This document shows, piece by piece, positions 61,494 through 64,000 of a DNA stretch of 64,000 bases. A program made the translations under genes and the position numbers. The stretch is taken from assembly GCA_030704615.1 (NCBI GenBank), contig CM060732.1, positions 49,166,001-49,230,000 on the forward strand. The letters run 5' to 3'. The notes beneath the pieces were generated by a model. That model was not told the origin of the DNA. It ran no database searches and saw only the letters and a program-made list of their open reading frames with translations. This stretch comes from Takakia lepidozioides (taxonomy: Eukaryota; Plantae; Bryophyta). Each line of letters opens with the position of its first letter. Positions within the stretch are counted from its first letter, which is position 1.

Positions 61494-64000
61494 CGAGAGA
61501 AACAAGCCGAGAGAAACAAGAGAAAAGAGAAGAGAGAGAAGGTAAGCTGCGAGAGAGGAGGGAGAAACTAAGGAGGCCAACCACCAGAGGGCCTGTAGGA
61601 TACGGTAGAACTTGAACCAAAACCAGCACTGTTTTAGGGGGTGTGGGAGCCAAGGAGCTCACGAGAGAGAGGAAAGAGACTGGTGTGTGCATTTGTGTCT
61701 TAGGGTGCGGAAAACCTCATGTAAAGAATCCGTTTATCCTCATAAGAAATTGCCCTTGCATTCACTCCATACATATATGCATCGTGAAAATGGAGGAGAG
61801 AGACTGAATGAGAAGTTATATACGCTTCGAGACAGTCTGAGCAGAAGTATTACCCGGCGCTGTTCTGGCACTCTCCCCGCCATGCCTTCGTTCCGTTTTC
61901 CTTTGCTTCTTCCTGAATCCGGTCGAGTTGAATCACGACCCCACCAATGTATTGCACAACACAAGCGTCTGACACGGATTCTCTCCTAAGCTGCTTCTAC
62001 CAGAATCCACATTACTGTAATCAGGCATACAGCGTGAAACATATCATACTCCCGCTCTCCCCTTCCCTGCCTTGTTTCTCCTGAAACAAAGTAGAAACGT
62101 TGTGACCCAAGCAAATCACACGCCCCTCCCACACTTCCATCTCTCCCCTGTCCGATCCTTCAACGCAGACGCATGCTACAAAGCCCGAATTCACAGTGAG
62201 ATGGAGATGGCAAGTCAATGATGTGGCCTTCTGGGACTATTGCAGCACTACGGCGTGGCCGATTACCTTCCGCTTCGCCGCATCATGAACCGCGCACGTA
62301 GAGACACTTAGGGCTACAGCCCAGGGGTGGAACCGGAACCGGAACCGGAACCCTAAGCCCCAAACCCGGTTCCCACACATGTGGTCGTAGCTGGAACCGC
62401 CGGTTCCGGTTCCCACACAATCTTGGATTTCCGGTTCCGGTCCGGTTCCACATAACCGGAACCGGAACCGGCGGTTACCCGGGGCCCAGGCGGGTAACCG
62501 CCCAACACTGCTCATAACCTCGCCTGCATCAATCATCTCCATCACATCTATCATATTTGCACTATGAAACATCTACCCTCTCTGGCAAGGGCTAGGCGCT
62601 TGCAGACTTAGAGCATCCCCACCCTTCTCACTGAAATGGCCCCTCGAAATCTATTGTGAAGGGGTTGGTTCAGGACTCTGGAAAGGTGTGTGAAGGGGTC
62701 GGCTGCTCGTAGCCACACCCTTGCCCCTCGTTACGCCCCTGCATCGTATGTTCTCGCCTTGCTTGTTCTCATATCACGGTGGGGACCCACCGCCTGCCTT
62801 CAGTGCCGACGCATAGCAGCAGGATTGGAAGCGAGAGGCGTGGAGGTGCGCTCTGACATCTCCCTGGTTGGGACGACTCAGGTTCAGGGACAGGTTCAGG
62901 GACTGAATATCGTGCACGGATATAGTGAAAGAGAGGCGGTTCAGTGCCCGGCCTGAACGGCGTATACGGTAGCGGGGCAAAGGTGTGGTATGTTTGGCTG
63001 CGATTTTGAACCTGTATACGAGAAGTACGGGGGTGCAGGGGTCCATACAGTCGTAGAGTGGGGATGCTCGTAGGGCATATTAGAGGACCCCAGATAACAG
63101 CAAGTAAGTAGAGTCAAGGCTTTCATGCCTTACATACCCCATCTTCAACGGATACCAAACCAATTCTGCACAAAATCTTACTCGAAAGTGTCGCGTCTCT
63201 CCCGATTTTCCTATTTCCCTGTGATCCATGCTCCATGAGCGCTGGAAGCTCAAATCTACAGGTAGGTAGCGTTTGTTTGGCAGCCATACCCGTCGCTTCA
63301 CACCCTGATGACACGCTTGACTATGTCACTTGGTGGTGGCCATGTGGAGATGAGTTTTGCCAAGAAATGCTTAGGGATGCTCCATCAACATGCAGGTTGA
63401 TGCAGGCCCTAATTGTGTAGGTCATGCTACCCTGTTCGTCTTTCCGCCACGCGACTCCTGAGCAACTTGCACCTGTCAGGCTTCCCGCTTATTTCTCCCA
63501 CAGAAACTTGGTGGTTTCCCCAAATGTGGCCACTGACTACATATGGTCAGATAGGTTTAGCCAAAAGAAAGTGTTTTGGCTATTCATGATTTAGAAAAGT
63601 TCGGAATGTGCCAAAAAATTGGTAGTCTCTCCACAGTTGGGCCTGGCTACTTTGCTGTTAGCAATGGTGGCTATTGGATGTCAAAATGCAATAGCCACCT
63701 AAAATTCACCTACTCCAGTGGAAACACATACCAAGGAGGCCCCATCATATGAGCATATTTAGAGGTGAGATTGTCCACATATGCCTGACTTGATCCGGGA
63801 ATGGATTCCATTCCCACTTTCCTGTGCTGTTTGGGAAAATTTCGGTCAATTATTTTGCCATACAAGATTTCAGGGTGACACCATTTGTTGATTCCACCAT
63901 TCCTCAACAATCAAATGTTATAATCTTGTACTGCAAGTAATAGAAGAGGCCCGGGAGTTGAATGCACAGGGGCGGTAAGCGTACGTGGCCCGCCGCCCAC

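Larger units (their letters stand above)
55088..62510 (-). mobile_element. hAT DNA transposon with both termini
   Basis: Perfect 15-bp TIR cagtgttgggcggtt (55088) / aaccgcccaacactg (ending 62510). 8-bp TSD ctcattac / ctcataac (1 mismatch). Subterminal (GGTTCC/GGAACC)n arrays at 55120-55295 and 62325-62480. Confidence 0.95.

Noticed and set aside
62580-64000. Short ORFs at the window end
   Set aside because: Possibly decayed LINE endonuclease region, but no intact diagnostic motif.

Overview
Eukaryotic nuclear DNA from a land plant, probably a non-seed lineage such as a bryophyte, lycophyte or fern (inferred from the gene and TE content). Three housekeeping loci look intact: the 3' part of a SIZ1 SUMO E3 ligase (159-2450, +), a 3-exon SAR1 GTPase (48186-50080, +) and an intron-free WDR13-like WD40 CDS (51665-52993, +). 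Most of the rest is a nested TE graveyard. It holds two decayed Ty3/gypsy elements, many L1-type fragments (one apparently 5'-inverted), two TSD-flanked copies of an RTE-X-like LINE, a hAT element with both TIRs and a TSD, a CACTA end, and two TTAA-bounded piggyBac-like non-autonomous elements. A TauE/SafE gene is broken up by these insertions. The most notable feature is at 36.7-46.8 kb: two tandem minus-strand Crinkler/RHS (CR)-type effector-like genes. They share a near-identical ~770-bp upstream region + 79-aa header exon + intron start. Each is spliced in phase 1 to an unrelated C-terminal module: P-loop NTPase + REase-like in one, REase-like + protein kinase in the other. This is a constant-header/variable-payload arrangement resembling polymorphic toxins. 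Both copies carry a few inactivating lesions, and a D-Ala-D-Ala ligase gene fragment lies between them. All calls come from reading motifs by eye; no searches were run.
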